Of a stretch of 64,000 nucleotides of DNA, positions 1-14,640 are shown one piece after another. Each line of letters starts with the position of its first letter. The stretch's first letter is position 1. The DNA is taken from assembly GCA_951406725.2 (NCBI GenBank), contig OX597821.1, positions 62,868,001 to 62,932,000 of the forward strand, in the 5' to 3' direction. The notes beneath the pieces are model-generated. The model was not told the origin of the DNA, did not search any database, and saw only the letters and a program-made list of their open reading frames with translations. The translations under genes were made by a program, and so were the position numbers. The stretch comes from Octopus vulgaris (lineage: Eukaryota).

Positions 1-1352
1 TATATGCATCATTGCTGTTTAGTTCAGTCACTAGAATTTTTATAATAAATTGAATCCACTCCATTACACCAAATTTAATTATTTTATTGCCCCGCCGTCA
101 TGTTACATAAAAAGCGACAGAAGAAAACGCAATTTGATAGGCATTTTATTTTGCATTGTACTTAATCTGTCTTTTGTCCATCATATATTTTTTTCTTTCA
201 ACTATTTGTGACAAGACTGATTTAATAGAATGAATATACGAGCTGATTGAGATATGTAATTCAAATCATGTATGACTCACTAAGCTTGGATTATTTTAAT
301 GTTTTAAACATGTCTTGAAAAGTAAATTATTTCCCAATCGCTAAAGAAAACGAAGACTCACAAGGTGTAGCAAATTAAAGTGCTGTCATAGAAAATGAAG
401 CTGGTCATGAATTGTCATATTTCGTTTAACATATTTCACATTATGTATTCGCCACAGAAAATGGATTAAAAACAATAATAAATTTTAAATCGAAGGAGCT
501 GAAAAATATTCCATCAGTCAATTATTAACGTTCAGAAAATATTTCCATATAGCTTTAAAATTAAGCTTAAAATCATTCCATTTCTATAAAATATTTTCGA
601 ATCTTGTTTGCAAAAATTTTTGCAGACATTTCTTTTCGTTGCATTTTTATGCCTACGAAGTGGAATTTAACGTTCGCTTTATTAATAAATTTATCAGAAT
701 TCTACTTCATAAATGTACACTGAATAAATTTGAAATCATAACAAGTTCAACGATATTGATTATTAGAAAGTACCGTAAATAGAGTAATTGAAATGTAAAT
801 TGAAACGCAACAGCGCTGAGAGAGTTGTGACACATTCCTACGCAAATATAGATAGTTGATGTCAATTGAAACAGACAAGCATAAACACTGTATTAGTTTT
901 ATAGGTTATAATCAGAAGCTGGGAAAATACAACTTAAACGATGTAAGTTAATGCGTTAGTCAATAGCAAGAGGAAAGACTTAGGGAAATTAAAATACATA
1001 AATTTTTAAGACAAAAGAAATTTAATAAAAAACGCACACGCCCGAAGTAACGTGAAATAGAAAGAATGAAAACAGGGGAAATAATAAAAGGGCTCAAGTT
1101 AAAGATAGCCACAGGCACTCATATATAGAGACAACATGAAAATTACTGCAAAGACATATGCACTCGTATATGAGTATGTTCAGAAACGCTGTGTATTCTC
1201 TCCTCTCCTAATAGCTCTTGAAATTTACTGGCGTATGAGGGGAGCTATTTCCACATCCCTCTCTATATATATAAATGCACACACACACACGCACACAAGC
1301 AAACACACACGCACAAGCACACACTTGTATATGTGCGTGTGTGTGTATATAC

Positions 1353-1392
<40 letters not shown>

Positions 1393-1593
1393 GTGTGTTT
1401 TATGTGTATGTAGGGCATATACCCATGCACGCATGCATACATACAAACTGTATGTTGTCATGGGTAATTAAATTTGTCAAATTTAGCAATATCAATTATT
1501 TGAGATATTATAGAATCAGTAATTAAACTATTAACAAAGTAACGTTAAGAAACAACAATAATAATGGAAATGCAAATATATGAAAACTTAGAA

Positions 1594-1626
<33 letters not shown>

Positions 1627-1676
1627 TGTATATAATATGTATACATATATATAGCAGCAGTAGTTTTTTCTATATG

Positions 1677-1839
<163 letters not shown>

Positions 1840-2375
1840 CCCAGCGTGCTGATGATTCTGTAAGATCGCTACTCTTTTCGCAGTTAACATAGCAGATTTG
1901 ACTTGAAAGGCTATCAACAGTCTTTTATATATAAATGTGGTTTTTAAGCTTTTAGTACTTTAAAACTTTACTCTAGTTTGTCTACATTTTCAGTAAAACT
2001 TATCATTATTTACTCGTACGGAAATCCTTTAAAAATTTAAGGACTTTCCGACGAATTAATGTCTCTCTTCTGCTAATAATTTTGACTGATCTTTTTAATT
2101 CTGCTTTATCTCTCATTCGAAATGAATTTTACTAATGTGTTTCAGTTGGATATTCCTCAACCCGTTAATTTTTGTCCTCAGTATTTTAGGATCTATGTAT
2201 AGTTGTAGGTAAGCCGTGAATTATTGTATGAGTACACGTATACAAGGCTAACTCATTGACGCAAAGGCACGCATATGCCTACACAGACACAAGCATGAAT
2301 ATATATATATAAATATGTATATATATACATATGTGTGAATATGTGTATATATATATATATATATTTATATATCTA

Positions 2376-2451
<76 letters not shown>

Positions 2452-2454
<3 letters not shown>

Positions 2455-2755
2455 GGCCCTGTACAAGCTTAGCCAGACTCATGGGCCCGGTTTCCCGGTT
2501 TCTATAGCGTATGTGTTCCCCCCAGCTGAACGGGACGCCAGTCCATCGCAGCGTAACTCAAGAAACAGGAAGAGAAAGTGAGAAAAAGTTGGGACGAAAG
2601 AGTACAACAAGGGACGCCACCACACACTGCCGGAGCCTCGTGGAGCTTTTAGGTGTTTTTGCTAAATAAACACACACAGCGCTCGGTCTGGATATCGAAA
2701 CCACGATCCTCCGACCGCGAGTCCGCTGTCCTAACCACTGGGCCATTGCGCCTCC
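2452..2755 (-). mobile_element. tRNA-derived SINE with V-domain-like 3' part
   Basis: Minus-strand head GGAGGCGCAATGGCCCAGTGGTTAGG (A box) ... GGTTTCGATATCC (B-box-like); GCGATGGACTGGCGTCCCG motif downstream; flanked by microsatellites. Confidence 0.7.
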
Positions 2756-3394
2756 ACACACACACACACACACAAAAACGCACACACACACACACACATA
2801 TATATATGTATGTTTGCAAACAAGTTTGTGCATGTCTTTGTGCCTATGCGTTTGCATAAAGGATTAGAAATTGCTTAAGTGTGTTGTCTATTTGTGAATA
2901 TAGGATATTAGCGAGTAAATTCAAATTCTGTTCATGTCTAGAATCTAAATTAGAGTATCCAATATACAGACGTTCAATAACAGGTCAAGCGATTGGTTTA
3001 TTGCACTATAAGTGACCTTCAATAATTCCTCAATACAGCAACTGAATCCAAAAGGACATCGATTTTTCTGTGCTTGGCGCCAAACTATTCCCGTATTTGA
3101 AGTGAACTCCTCGAAAATGTTTTCATTCACTTCGGTTTTCTATCGAGCTTTATTAATTTTATTATTGTTATTATTATGATAAATACTAGGATTAATTGAT
3201 AAACACGTGGTATTATTTAAGGAAACAAAAACTACAATGTACCCCATTAAACAAATATGTATGCAGCAAGTCGAGTATAAATTTATACATATATAATATA
3301 TGCATGCGGCGTACGTATGTAATATACTGTACGTATAAATGTATACGTATATATGCGTTTTTGTATGTGTATTGCGAGTACATCTATAAACACA

Positions 3395-3478
<84 letters not shown>

Positions 3479-3888
3479 AAAAATGAAGTTCGAAAATGCT
3501 GCTGTATTATACAATTTTTAATTTTTATATATACATTATAACATGTTTCAGTTCCTGAAATGAACCTTATCAAAAAAAGTTACATATAAAAAAAGACAGC
3601 TCATGCCGTCAAACACAAGAAATTCATTTATAATACACAACGGAGTCAGACATCTTAGAGTTCATGTATAGTTGATATATAGTTCATGTATAGTTGATAT
3701 ATAGTTTGAAGTATATGTTCAAAGTGTTCGATGCAGTGGCCCACGGTGGCGATACGTATTCAATACAAAAAACAGATCAAAGTGGTGGAAAGCGGTCAAT
3801 ACAGAAGATTGATGTTTCCGAAAGAGCGAGGAATTCATTTTTACCTTAAGCAATTGTGATGACCCATGTGATGACCCATGGTGGAAGT

Positions 3889-3943
<55 letters not shown>

Positions 3944-5270
3944 CATATATAATAAACTATATAAAATGGATGTGCATACACATAGGTTTATCATTCATCT
4001 CTACTCCGTACATTAAGAATACGCTATCTGCTACATCTCTGTAATGATTAATATAACATTATCATAGCACGTCATGCATATGTATTTTTATGTGTGTATT
4101 ACTATAAGGTTTTATCGTTTAACCCAAATGTTAAAACAAGACGTATATTTAATTAACTCGATGTATAAAAGTAAAATATGCAAAACATGAATACCATATA
4201 GGGGAAATTATTAGTTTCTCTATGAACGGCTTCATGTTGCTTTTGGTTCTGGTTACACGAATTTCATCTTCTTCCAATACGTATATGATAATTGCTTGCA
4301 TTAGTCACTGTGTCTCTCCGGCGAGAATTTAGAAGGAATTATATGTTCTAGATATGGTAATATATCTATTTGTGAACATCATAAAGTTCAATATGTTAAC
4401 GTGTACGGATAATTTTCTTTCTCCATAAAAAAATTATGCATACAATTTCGACGAAATCACTTCTGTTGAACTTCAGAATGCCAGAATATTAGAAATATAA
4501 AGAACAATATTTTAAAATCTTTCTATTTATTATTCTAGTTTTCTCTAGTTTTCTACTAGTGTAAAATCGCCATATTAGATCTTAAAGTATTTTTCATAGA
4601 AATCTTTTATAATATTCTTACGTGTTGATTTGTATCTTTCATGGAAACAAAGATTCCGTCAATTTGTTTTGTCCCGATATCTGTGTACCCCACTGGTGTA
4701 CATGTGATTATAAATGTCATATCGATAATTACCTTATCTCAGAGAACGAAACATTTCCGAGTATCCACGCACATAGTTTCAGATTTACATATACCAATGT
4801 GTGTTTGTGTGCTTCTATGTATATTTATGAGTATGTATGCATATATACAGAGAAAGAGAGAGAGAGGGGAAAATGAAGAGTAAGACATACGCACGTAAAT
4901 ACACAAACACATGTATATGTATGTAAATTCGTACGTGTATCCGTGCATGTTTATGTTTGGTTAGCATATATAAATTTTTGTCTTATGCATCGGGAACATT
5001 GCAATTTGGTTATTTTATGAATATAATTATATATACACATACACACAAAAGTTCAAAGTGCACTGCATAATAATTACAGTCTCATTTAAAATTTAGATAG
5101 GCTAAATTATTTATTTATATTTAACAAGATTTGTTGTTTTATTTGATATAGTTATCAATTTTATAGTATTAAATTAAACATTCCGTCAGCGAACTTATTA
5201 CCATTTTAATTGAATGCTATCCTTTCTGAAAAGCAATTTAACCTGTGCATACTTCTTCATTCCCCAAAAT

Positions 5271-5855
5271 TCTTTCCACTATAGGCACAAGGCCTGCAAT
5301 TTGGTGGAGGGAAGGGAGCCAGTCGATTAGATCAATCTCAATACGCAACTGGTACTTAATTTATCGATCCCAAAAAGATAAAAGGTAAAGTCGACCTCGG
5401 CGGAATTTGAACTCAGAACGTTAAGACAGACGAAATACCTATTTTTTTACTACCCACAAGGAGCTAAACACAGAGAGGACAAACAAGGACAGACAAATGG
5501 ATTAAGTCGATTATATCGACCCCAGTGCGTAATTGGTACTTATTTAATCGACCTCGAAAGGATGGAAGGCAAAGTCGACCTCCGCGAAGTTTGAATTTTC
5601 AACGTAGCGGCAGACGAAATACCTATTTTTTACTACCCATAAGGAGATAAACACAGAGGGGACGAACAAGGATAGACAAACGGATTAAGTCGATTATATC
5701 GCCCCCCAGTGCGTAACTGGTACTTAATTTATCGACCTAGAAAGGATGAAAGGCAAAGTCGACCTTGGCGTAATATGAACTCAGAACGTAGCGGCAGACG
5801 AAATACTGCTAAGCATTTCGCCCGGCGTGCCAACGTTTCTGCCAGCTCGCCACCT
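5271..5855 (-). mobile_element. tRNA-derived SINE (family B) with three tandem ~184-bp internal units
   Basis: Minus-strand head GGTGGCGAGCTGGCAGAAACG; repeated B-box-like GAGTTCAAATTCC; unit anchors AGTCGATT at 5321, 5505 and 5688; homologous to copies at ~36.5, 44.1, 46.1 and 56.7 kb. Confidence 0.8.
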
Positions 5856-6684
5856 TGTAGTTACAGATAATGTAGGAGTATATGTCTTGACCTGAGATAG
5901 AAGGATTTAATTGAAACATGCATGTAGGTAATTAACGGATAGAATCTCTGAATAGAAACCCTTTCATGTTAAGAATGCTCTTCAGATTTTAATAGAAAAG
6001 TTTGTGCATTTGGATAAACCAAATCTTCCCTGTAATTTACTTTTCAGCTTACTGCTGCAAATTTCCTCAATTTAATACGGCTTAATATTGTATAACATAA
6101 TGAAGAATTATATACTTTAGGGGGCGATTTTAGCTGTGAATCAGCAATTATAGCTTAGTCCATAGTTACATGTTGTAATTCGCTTTCAAACCATAATTTA
6201 TGCTCATCTATTTTTCTGACATCATTGTAACATCAATTATAGAAATGAACTAAGAAAGGGGCTATTTGTAATGCAGAGAAAACGTTGTTAATCTGCATCA
6301 AATCTGATGGAGAAACAGTAGTCTTATATCTTAAACGTTCTCAAATCATACATAAACTAAAACACTTTGATGTATTAGCCCTCAACCGCAATTATCTTAG
6401 GAAGGACGTAATACCCAATACATTTCCAGATACTAAATTGGTTTTAATACCAGAATTTAACAAGAATTTAAAATCAATGACGCACTGAGTTCAGAAACAA
6501 TCAATATTATCGAGATTTTAACCGAATATTGAGCAGTTTTGATAATTCTAACTTTAAAAGGGCGAAGGCGTGGCTCTGTTTTTCAGATTTCGCTTTACAA
6601 GTGTGAACATTCCAGTTTGATCTCACTACACTGCACTGGATTGAGCAATGAATTACGAAGGGAAATAGATAAATGGGAAGATTA

Positions 6685-6703
6685 ACTACTACTACTACTA
6701 CTG

Positions 6704-6774
<71 letters not shown>

Positions 6775-6900
6775 GTTTTTACTAAAAAATACTACTACTA
6801 CATCTGCTGCCGCCGCTACTGTTGCTACTGTTGACGCTGCTGAAGCTGCTGCTACTGACACTACTACTACTACTACGACTTCTACTTCTACTGCTACTAG
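6685..6900. repeat. (CTA)n microsatellite with degenerate (CTG/CTA) tail
   Basis: Seen directly. Confidence 0.95.
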
Positions 6901-7026
6901 GCGTAGAAAGAGAGTAAATTTCCTTTAACGTTTTGCGTTGAATAGTAAAAAAGCGAATAGAAAGATCGAAATGTGATGCAACTTATAAATATTTCCTTGT
7001 ACCAAAACCACTTTAAAAGTGTTATT

Positions 7027-7367
7027 AGGCGTAAGATGTGATAAGAAGCTTGCTTCCCAACCACTTGGTTCTGTGTTTGGTCTCACTGAATGGCAACTTA
7101 GTCAAGTGTTTTCTAACACAGTGAATTTGGTAGGCGGAAATTGAAAGAAACCTGTCATACACACACACATATGAGTGTGTGTCTTTGTGACTGTATTTGC
7201 CCCTCCCCACTCCAACGATTGAGAACCGGTGTTGGTATGTTTACGATCCTGCAGCTTAGTGGTTCGGCCACAGAAGTCCGATAGAATACCAGAATTAAAA
7301 GAAGAAAATAAGTGCTGGACTCGATTCATTCGACTAAAATTCTTCAAGGAAGTGCCCCAGCATGACC
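7027..7367 (+). mobile_element. SINE family A, diverged copy
   Basis: Aligns by eye to copies at 8103, 17620 and 26121 (AGCTTGCTTCCCAACCAC ... GGTAGGCGGAAATTGAAAGAA ... GTGCCCCAGCATG). Confidence 0.75.
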
Positions 7368-8102
7368 AATCTAATAATTGAGTATGAGTATTCCTTGCAA
7401 TGTTAGCGTTTTGTAATACGCAGCGTCATTGATGTCCCAAATTATACCACGGTTCCTTATCATATGATATTGGTTTCTATGATATGCACTTGCTAACACC
7501 GTCCTTCATATTTTTTGTATTTGACAAGTGAATTAAGTTGTTACTGTACTCCATGACACTTGACACAGAACATCGTATCTAATTCATTGAGAGGGGGAGA
7601 AGCACCAAGAGAGAAAGAGAGAGAGGGTGTTTAGGGAAGAGAGAAGAGAGGGAAATATAAAAGAGAGAGAAGAATCGATTGCAGTAATTAAATGGCAATT
7701 TATTATCAATACTCCTCCAATTCTCATCCACCCCCACCAAGAAAATGAAAGGAAAAGTTCGGCCAGATCAAATAACAAATAATGCAGCGCATTCTTTCCG
7801 ATGATAAAGTAATTTCATCAATTTGTTAATTTGTGTTAAGCCTATGAACAGAATCAATAAAATAAGTTATATACAAGCCTCTCCCTACATATCTATCTCT
7901 GCACTCTGGTGACACATATACATGCATCTCTCTCCATATCTGTCTAACTGTGAAACTATGCATAGCTCCATTTCAATCCTATTTTTGTGGACGTGTCATT
8001 TCAATCCTATTTTTGTAAACGTGTCTCTGTTTAAACTATGCAGTATGAGATGAATTTCGGTGTTGAAAATGTATAGCGTGTTCGAAAACATAAAATGTCA
8101 GT

Positions 8103-8261
8103 GGCGTAGGAGTAAGTAGCTTGCTTACCAACCACATGGTTCCGGGTTCAGTCCCACTGCGTAGGAGCTTGGGCGCCTTCTACTATAGCCTCGAGCCGAC
8201 CAAGCCTTGTGAGTGGATTTGATAGACGGAAACTGAAAGAAGCCCGTCGTATATATGTATA

Positions 8262-8330
<69 letters not shown>

Positions 8331-8535
8331 ATATTTGTGTGTCTGTGTTAGTTCCCCACATCGGCTTGACAACTGATGCTGGTGTGTTTACGTCCCCGTA
8401 ATTTAGCGGTTCGGCAAAAGAGACCGATAGAATAAGTACTAGGCTTACAAAGTATAAGTCCTGGGGTCGATTTGCACGACTAAAGGCGGTGCTCCAGCAT
8501 GGCCACAGTCAAATGACTGAAACAAGTAAAAAGAA
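8103..8535 (+). mobile_element. SINE family A (tRNA-derived head, internal (TA)n(TG)n, conserved 3' arm)
   Basis: B-box-like GGTTCAGTCC; near-identical arms to the copies at 17620 and 26121; tail ATGACTGAAACAAGTAAAA. Confidence 0.9.
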
Positions 8536-9350
8536 TGAGTCGTATACAAGAGTCAAGAAGATTCGGCAGCTTTTAACTTGAACGTACTCGATTTTTATTG
8601 AATGTAAGCAAAAATGTTGTACATTCCATGTTGACCATGTATTAGCTTGTCGCGTCACATAACGGAAAAAAGAAATTAAATCAATGTATTCAATGGCGTA
8701 ATTTCGATTAATTGACAGTTAATAGCATTAATGGGGAATAACATATTTAGATGTAATGTAAGATATAATTTCTGCCGTTCCAATAATATTATTTATATGA
8801 AACATTCTCGCAGTAATTTATTCGGTACGCATATTCAAAGCATGCAGTTTATAACTATTCAACGCGTTAAGATAAATTAGATAGTTAAAACGGAAAGCAG
8901 GTTAACTGTATTTATTTCAAACTTTTCTCTAGCGGTCATCAGTTACATATCAAAATTTCTATCTAGAGTTCTCAAAACATATAGGTTTATTTGGGTTTAA
9001 TATATAATAGAAGAAAAATTATATTCGAAAATTCCAAGTAACCTGTTAAATAGAAAACTTGTATCTCTGAAATTATCGTCCATGTTTGAACTCTAATTTT
9101 TCAGTGTTCATTCATCTGTAACTAATAAAGTTAATTACAGAATGGAAATTTTTATAGCGTATTTAATCGAAAATATTTGTAGATATGTGTGTGAGTGTCT
9201 GACTGTGTGAGCGGGCGCGCGGGTGTTTGTGTATGTATGTATATATGTATTTATGTATGTATGTGCGTATGTATGTATATATAGATTCATATGTAATATA
9301 TGTATATATCCATGTGTAAATATATGTATATATATATATATATTCATATG

Positions 9351-9427
<77 letters not shown>

Positions 9428-9469
9428 TATATATATATATGCACACACATATATGTATACATATATTCG

Positions 9470-9657
9470 CCATGATAGAACGCTAGCCACTACACATTCT
9501 TTGTTTTCTCTCCTTGCTTTTTCTGTGCTCCATTCTGTGGATGAGCGTATGCTTGAAACGTTAAGGACTTTTTCACTTCCCGAGCGTTATACTAATACAT
9601 CTGTTTGTTGCTGATACCATCTATCTTCGTCCTTTGTTCTTTAGTAAATTCTCCCCC
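9470..9657 (+). mobile_element. Short non-autonomous element with hammerhead-like motif (family H1)
   Basis: Homologous to 26790-26895 and 39430-39580; carries CTGTGGA-T-GAGC-GTAT-GCTT-GAAA-CGTT at 9535-9562. Confidence 0.65.
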
Positions 9658-11530
9658 TATATATATATAGATGTATGTGTGCGTGTGTGTACATAGATAA
9701 ATGAATATAGATATAGGAATATATAGATATAGATATAAAGAGAGAGTGAGAGAAATACGTGAAATGTGCATGTGCACACGTATTTTAAGGACTTCAGAAT
9801 AACACAGAGCTAACTCGACCTTCATGGAAGTTAATGATATGTTAAGAGATGTTTTATAGAACGAGATATTCTTGTGGGCTGAATACTGGTAAAACAATTG
9901 TGTTGATTGTGTTACCTGCAATTATACATGCGTAATAAACCTAGAATACTTATTAAGCGATTCGATTTACAAAGGTATGATTTGGTCGAAAGTATAAGCT
10001 CTGTAATGTAAGTAACATTAGCAATAAAATTACTTAAAGCTTCCATGATTTGCAATACAACGCCCAAACTAAATGGTTGGGAAATTGTCAAAAAGTGTAA
10101 CTTATATATATTTGAAACATCTGGATAGACAAACACATCTAAATTTCTGTGTACTAAGCAATTACACAAATACTCATCCTTGGAATACGTAATTATACAC
10201 ACCACAAGTTGTCCTGCTCAGATACGCAGACATATACACATATTCTCTCCCTCTTTCTCTCGCTCTTACTCTCACTCTTTCTACACTGTCCCTTACTCTC
10301 CCACTCACGTGTGCGCGCATGTATGTGCATATATATTTATATATATATGTATGTGTATATGTACGTACACACGTAAATGAGTGTGTGCAGTTATATACAT
10401 ATATTTTTCCTATATGAAGAGAGTGAGAGAGGCAGACAGTCAGAGGTTAGAGAAATCAGTTACATACAAACATATGTAAATACGTACGTACATATATGGC
10501 ATATACATGCATACATATGTACATACGTAGGTAGTCATCTTGCATACAAACATACAAATATTAATATATACAAATATGAATTTATGTTTTTTGTTTGTTC
10601 AGAAACAAAATACAGCATCTGGTGTTGATAGAAACATTGGTGGGTGCTAAAACTTTAATAAGAAAGAGATGCACTTGATAATCTGAAAACCATTCAAAAT
10701 CCGTGTTGCTAAAAATGGCTGTTTTTATAATAACATATTGGTTCATTCAACTGCCGTGTTAGATTTCAATAGTTGAAATATGGATTTATTTGGAAATAGA
10801 ATTCAATGAATAGGCCGACGCAAGAAGAGAAAGAATATCATTCACCGCATACATAGTTGTAATGAACTTTTGCTGTGTGCAATATTTTGATAGAGAGGGA
10901 ATTTTAATTTCTGAATGAAGTAGCAATTTTTGAATAGGCAAAACGAGGCGTATTTTGGAGCAATGTTTATGTAAAACATTTTGAAGTTCATTCATTATTC
11001 AAGGGCATTAATGTTCATTAGTTACATGATGATAGTTAGGCATACGCAATGTTCAATCTGCTCGGAGGATTATGAATGAACTTAATAATGAAATGATAAA
11101 TTGTGCTTTCTTTCTATTTTTTTATTTACTTATAAAGATAATACAATTGAAATAATCGTACATTGGATTCAAGTTAAATGTCATAAACGATGGTATTTTA
11201 AAAATTATGTTGAGGAAAAGATTTTCTATAGTATTTACTCCTGTCTCTCTCCCCACGTGACCAGTGTTCGGCCAAGCCTAACCTTTATTTCTTGGTTCAA
11301 CGATCATCCGTACAATATCTATATTCTTCCCCATGCCTATAATCTCATATGTCCCTGCCGTAAGGCTTCACTTTCACACACGCCAGCTTAATTCAATTCT
11401 TCCTCAATCGAAAGATACCTGTTGTTATGTCGTGTTATTTGCATTTGTATTTATGTAACATTTCTCCGTTTTTCCGTCCTTGTATATATATGTGTGTGTC
11501 TGTATGTATGTACATATATGTGTGTGTGGG

Positions 11531-11599
<69 letters not shown>

Positions 11600-11712
11600 T
11601 CCTATTCCGTATTTCATGTTGTTTACGTTTTATGACATCCTGTACCCATATATGAATATGTATATACATATATAAGTATGTACGTATATGTATGTATATA
11701 TGCTTACATGTA

Positions 11713-11757
<45 letters not shown>

Positions 11758-11958
11758 TTTTGTTAAGGAGCGTCGATTTTTATAATTCTGTAAATAATAA
11801 CTATAGTATTTTATAAGCTTAGTGATTATAAGCGATCACCGCGCAATTACTAAAAATAGAATGATAATGGTGCATATAAACCCTGGACGGAGAAATGTAG
11901 GTTGTCTATATGTGTGTGTATGTGTATGCCTGCATGTATGCATTTTGTGTGTATATAT

Positions 11959-12031
<73 letters not shown>

Positions 12032-12871
12032 TATATGTATGTATACACACACACACACACATATATATATATTTAAGCTGAAAGCGCTTTAGCGAGAAAA
12101 CTGACAGCCTCTAAAACTGGTGTGTTGAAAACATGGTCCCTTTGTACTGTTCACATTGCATTCAGTGTTAATCTTGTATTCTTGTATGTGGAGATAATCA
12201 TATGTACGTGTGAGTGAATACCATTGTGAAGGTGGTGTAGTCCTATATGAGTGTAATTCCATAAACATTAGAGACTCACATTTGTACGGGGATTTTGCTT
12301 TTACTGTAATATATTAGTGTAATATATTACTGTTAGGTCATTGCATGTTGGCACAAAACAGCAGTTATTTCAATCGTCTCCAATATTAATTGCACACTAT
12401 TTTATAGACACTGCAAGTCCGAATGTTGAACACGTTAAGCAGCTGGAAGAAACCACGCTAAATATTTACATGCATGTGAATATACGTTTTTCAATACGAG
12501 ATTTATTTTAAAAGCAATACTTTAATTTTTGATATTTGAAAAAAAAAACCCCCAGAAATCTACTTCATTATGACAAGCACTGCTTTTTGAACGAATGGAC
12601 AATTTTAATATCAGTTTTTCATCACCTCTTTCGTTGCTGATGCTTTTCCACGCTTAATTCTACTATACTAACGTACTGTATTGTGTACATATGTTCATAT
12701 ATATTTGTATGTGAGTGTGTTTGTGTGTGTGTGTGTGTACATATATATCTATATGCACTTACATTTGCATATATATATATATATATATATATATGACGTA
12801 TGATATGTATATATATATATATATATATATACAGATATGACATATGCCTATGTATGCGTATGTATGCTTAT

Positions 12872-12903
<32 letters not shown>

Positions 12904-12910
12904 GTATATG

Positions 12911-12956
<46 letters not shown>

Positions 12957-12965
12957 TGTATATAC

Positions 12966-13018
<53 letters not shown>

Positions 13019-13950
13019 TCTAATGATTCTTTGAAGTGCTGATAATTTGTTCTAAGATCATAAGGATGAGTTGAGTCCTGCCAGATAACATATTTTATTT
13101 TCAATGCGTGCATATCTAAGCTTCAAGTCTCGCAGGTAAGTTACAACTAAATATTGTTTCTTTCTTTACTCGTATCTCACTGAAGATATACAGCTGCGTT
13201 TATAATCATTTCAGTCTCACTCTATCTTTCTGTGATTCTTACTATCACTATTCTTCCTTTCTTATCACATATATATGTATATGTGAGTGTGTTTGTGTGT
13301 GTGTGTTTGTTTGTGTGCGTGTGTATGTATGCATGAATACAATCTCATAAATACCTCTATAAGATTATACAGAACATCGTGACGGTTACATACGTCGAAC
13401 ATCATTTGAAATGTGGTTTTTCAACGTGAAATACTGATTCCCTAATTAAGGTTTTGTAGAATTTAAAATTATCTTTCAATTATGACACGGATGCTGGAAT
13501 TGTCTCTTGACCTAGAATTCATGATGCAGTAGTTTTTATAATAAAACCAAAATTTCTTGACATGAAAACGATAACTAATTTCTTGTTTTAGCTGATATTC
13601 CTGATATACTTCTGAAAAAAATATAAATACATTTCACACGTTTATGAGAGAAAAAGTTTATTACTTAAATATATGATTCTGATAGTATAGAATATATTCG
13701 TGAGTAAGTGTTATCCATATTAGTTAGGTGATATTTTAACCCTTATTTTATTTTCTAGAATATAACTAGACGGCTCCTCTCAATAAACTCTGAATTATGC
13801 GATAGCTGAAAGGAATGACTAGGTACAAATTCTCAGTAAAGATCGTCACATTGAGGCTTAATTATAAAGTTAATAGACCATATATAATGAGAAACAAAGA
13901 ATCATGTTGAAAATTACACTTTTGGAAATAACAATTAGATTTATGCCCAA

Positions 13951-14053
13951 GGGCATATGGCATAGTGGTAAAGAGCGCGGGCTACTAACCCCAAGATTCC
14001 GAGTTCGATTACAAGCAGTGACCTGAACAATAACAATAACAATAATAATAATG

Positions 14054-14132
<79 letters not shown>

Positions 14133-14312
14133 CAACAACAACATCGAAAATACCTTAGAAATGAGAACCCAGGTTCGAAATTTCCCCCAAGACACCTGAA
14201 AAAGGCTGGAGGGTATATCAGCCGAAACGTTGGTTTGACAACAAACAAGATGAGGACAAATATCCGTCAATGTAAATAATGTACATAATTCCTCCTCTCT
14301 TAAATATAGAGC
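13951..14312 (+). mobile_element. Composite SINE-like element: tRNA-like head, (AAT)n, tail with hammerhead-like motifs
   Basis: A box TGGCATAGTGG and B box GTTCGATT in 13951-14023; (AAT/AAC)n 14027-14142; tail hairpins GAAC-CCAG-GTTC-GAAA and CTGAAAA-A-GGCTG..CAGCC-GAAA-CGTT. Confidence 0.7.
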
Positions 14313-14489
14313 TAACTTAGATTTATATTTATTTATAATTTATTCTCCACAGCACTACTAAGTTTGATCAAAAATACATTCAGCCTAAAGTAGGTCACAG
14401 ATGAGGGCTGTCCCTTCCACTTCCATCAGACTTTTGACACATTTCCCGAGTTATTTTCAACAGCAACACTGTTAGTTACAATATTGATC

Positions 14490-14640
14490 ATCAAGCCCAG
14501 ATATGTTTTGCAATACATACCAATATGTACATCTAAAGTAAAATTTTTCAGGGACCCTCTAAATACTATTGTGGATCCCCAACTTACTATTCTCTTGCGT
14601 GGAGCCCCAAACGATTTATATGGATCTTCAGAGGCCATAT
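14490..14640 (-). mobile_element. Probable degenerate non-autonomous DNA transposon (MITE) fragment
   Basis: Repeated GGG(A/C)TCC subterminal-like motifs; no intact TIRs seen. Confidence 0.3.

Noticed and set aside
3857-3880. GTGATGACCCAT twice, resembling snoRNA C boxes
   Set aside because: A simple 12-bp tandem duplication with no D box or terminal stem; similar short duplications occur at 3659-3703, 7968-8025 and 63838-63897.
13100-13141. Strong splice donor CAG|GTAAGT
   Set aside because: No convincing upstream acceptor or coding frame; expected by chance in 64 kb.
13951-14023. Functional tRNA gene
   Set aside because: A and B boxes are present but acceptor and T stems pair poorly and the sequence runs into an (AAT)n tract; better explained as a SINE head.
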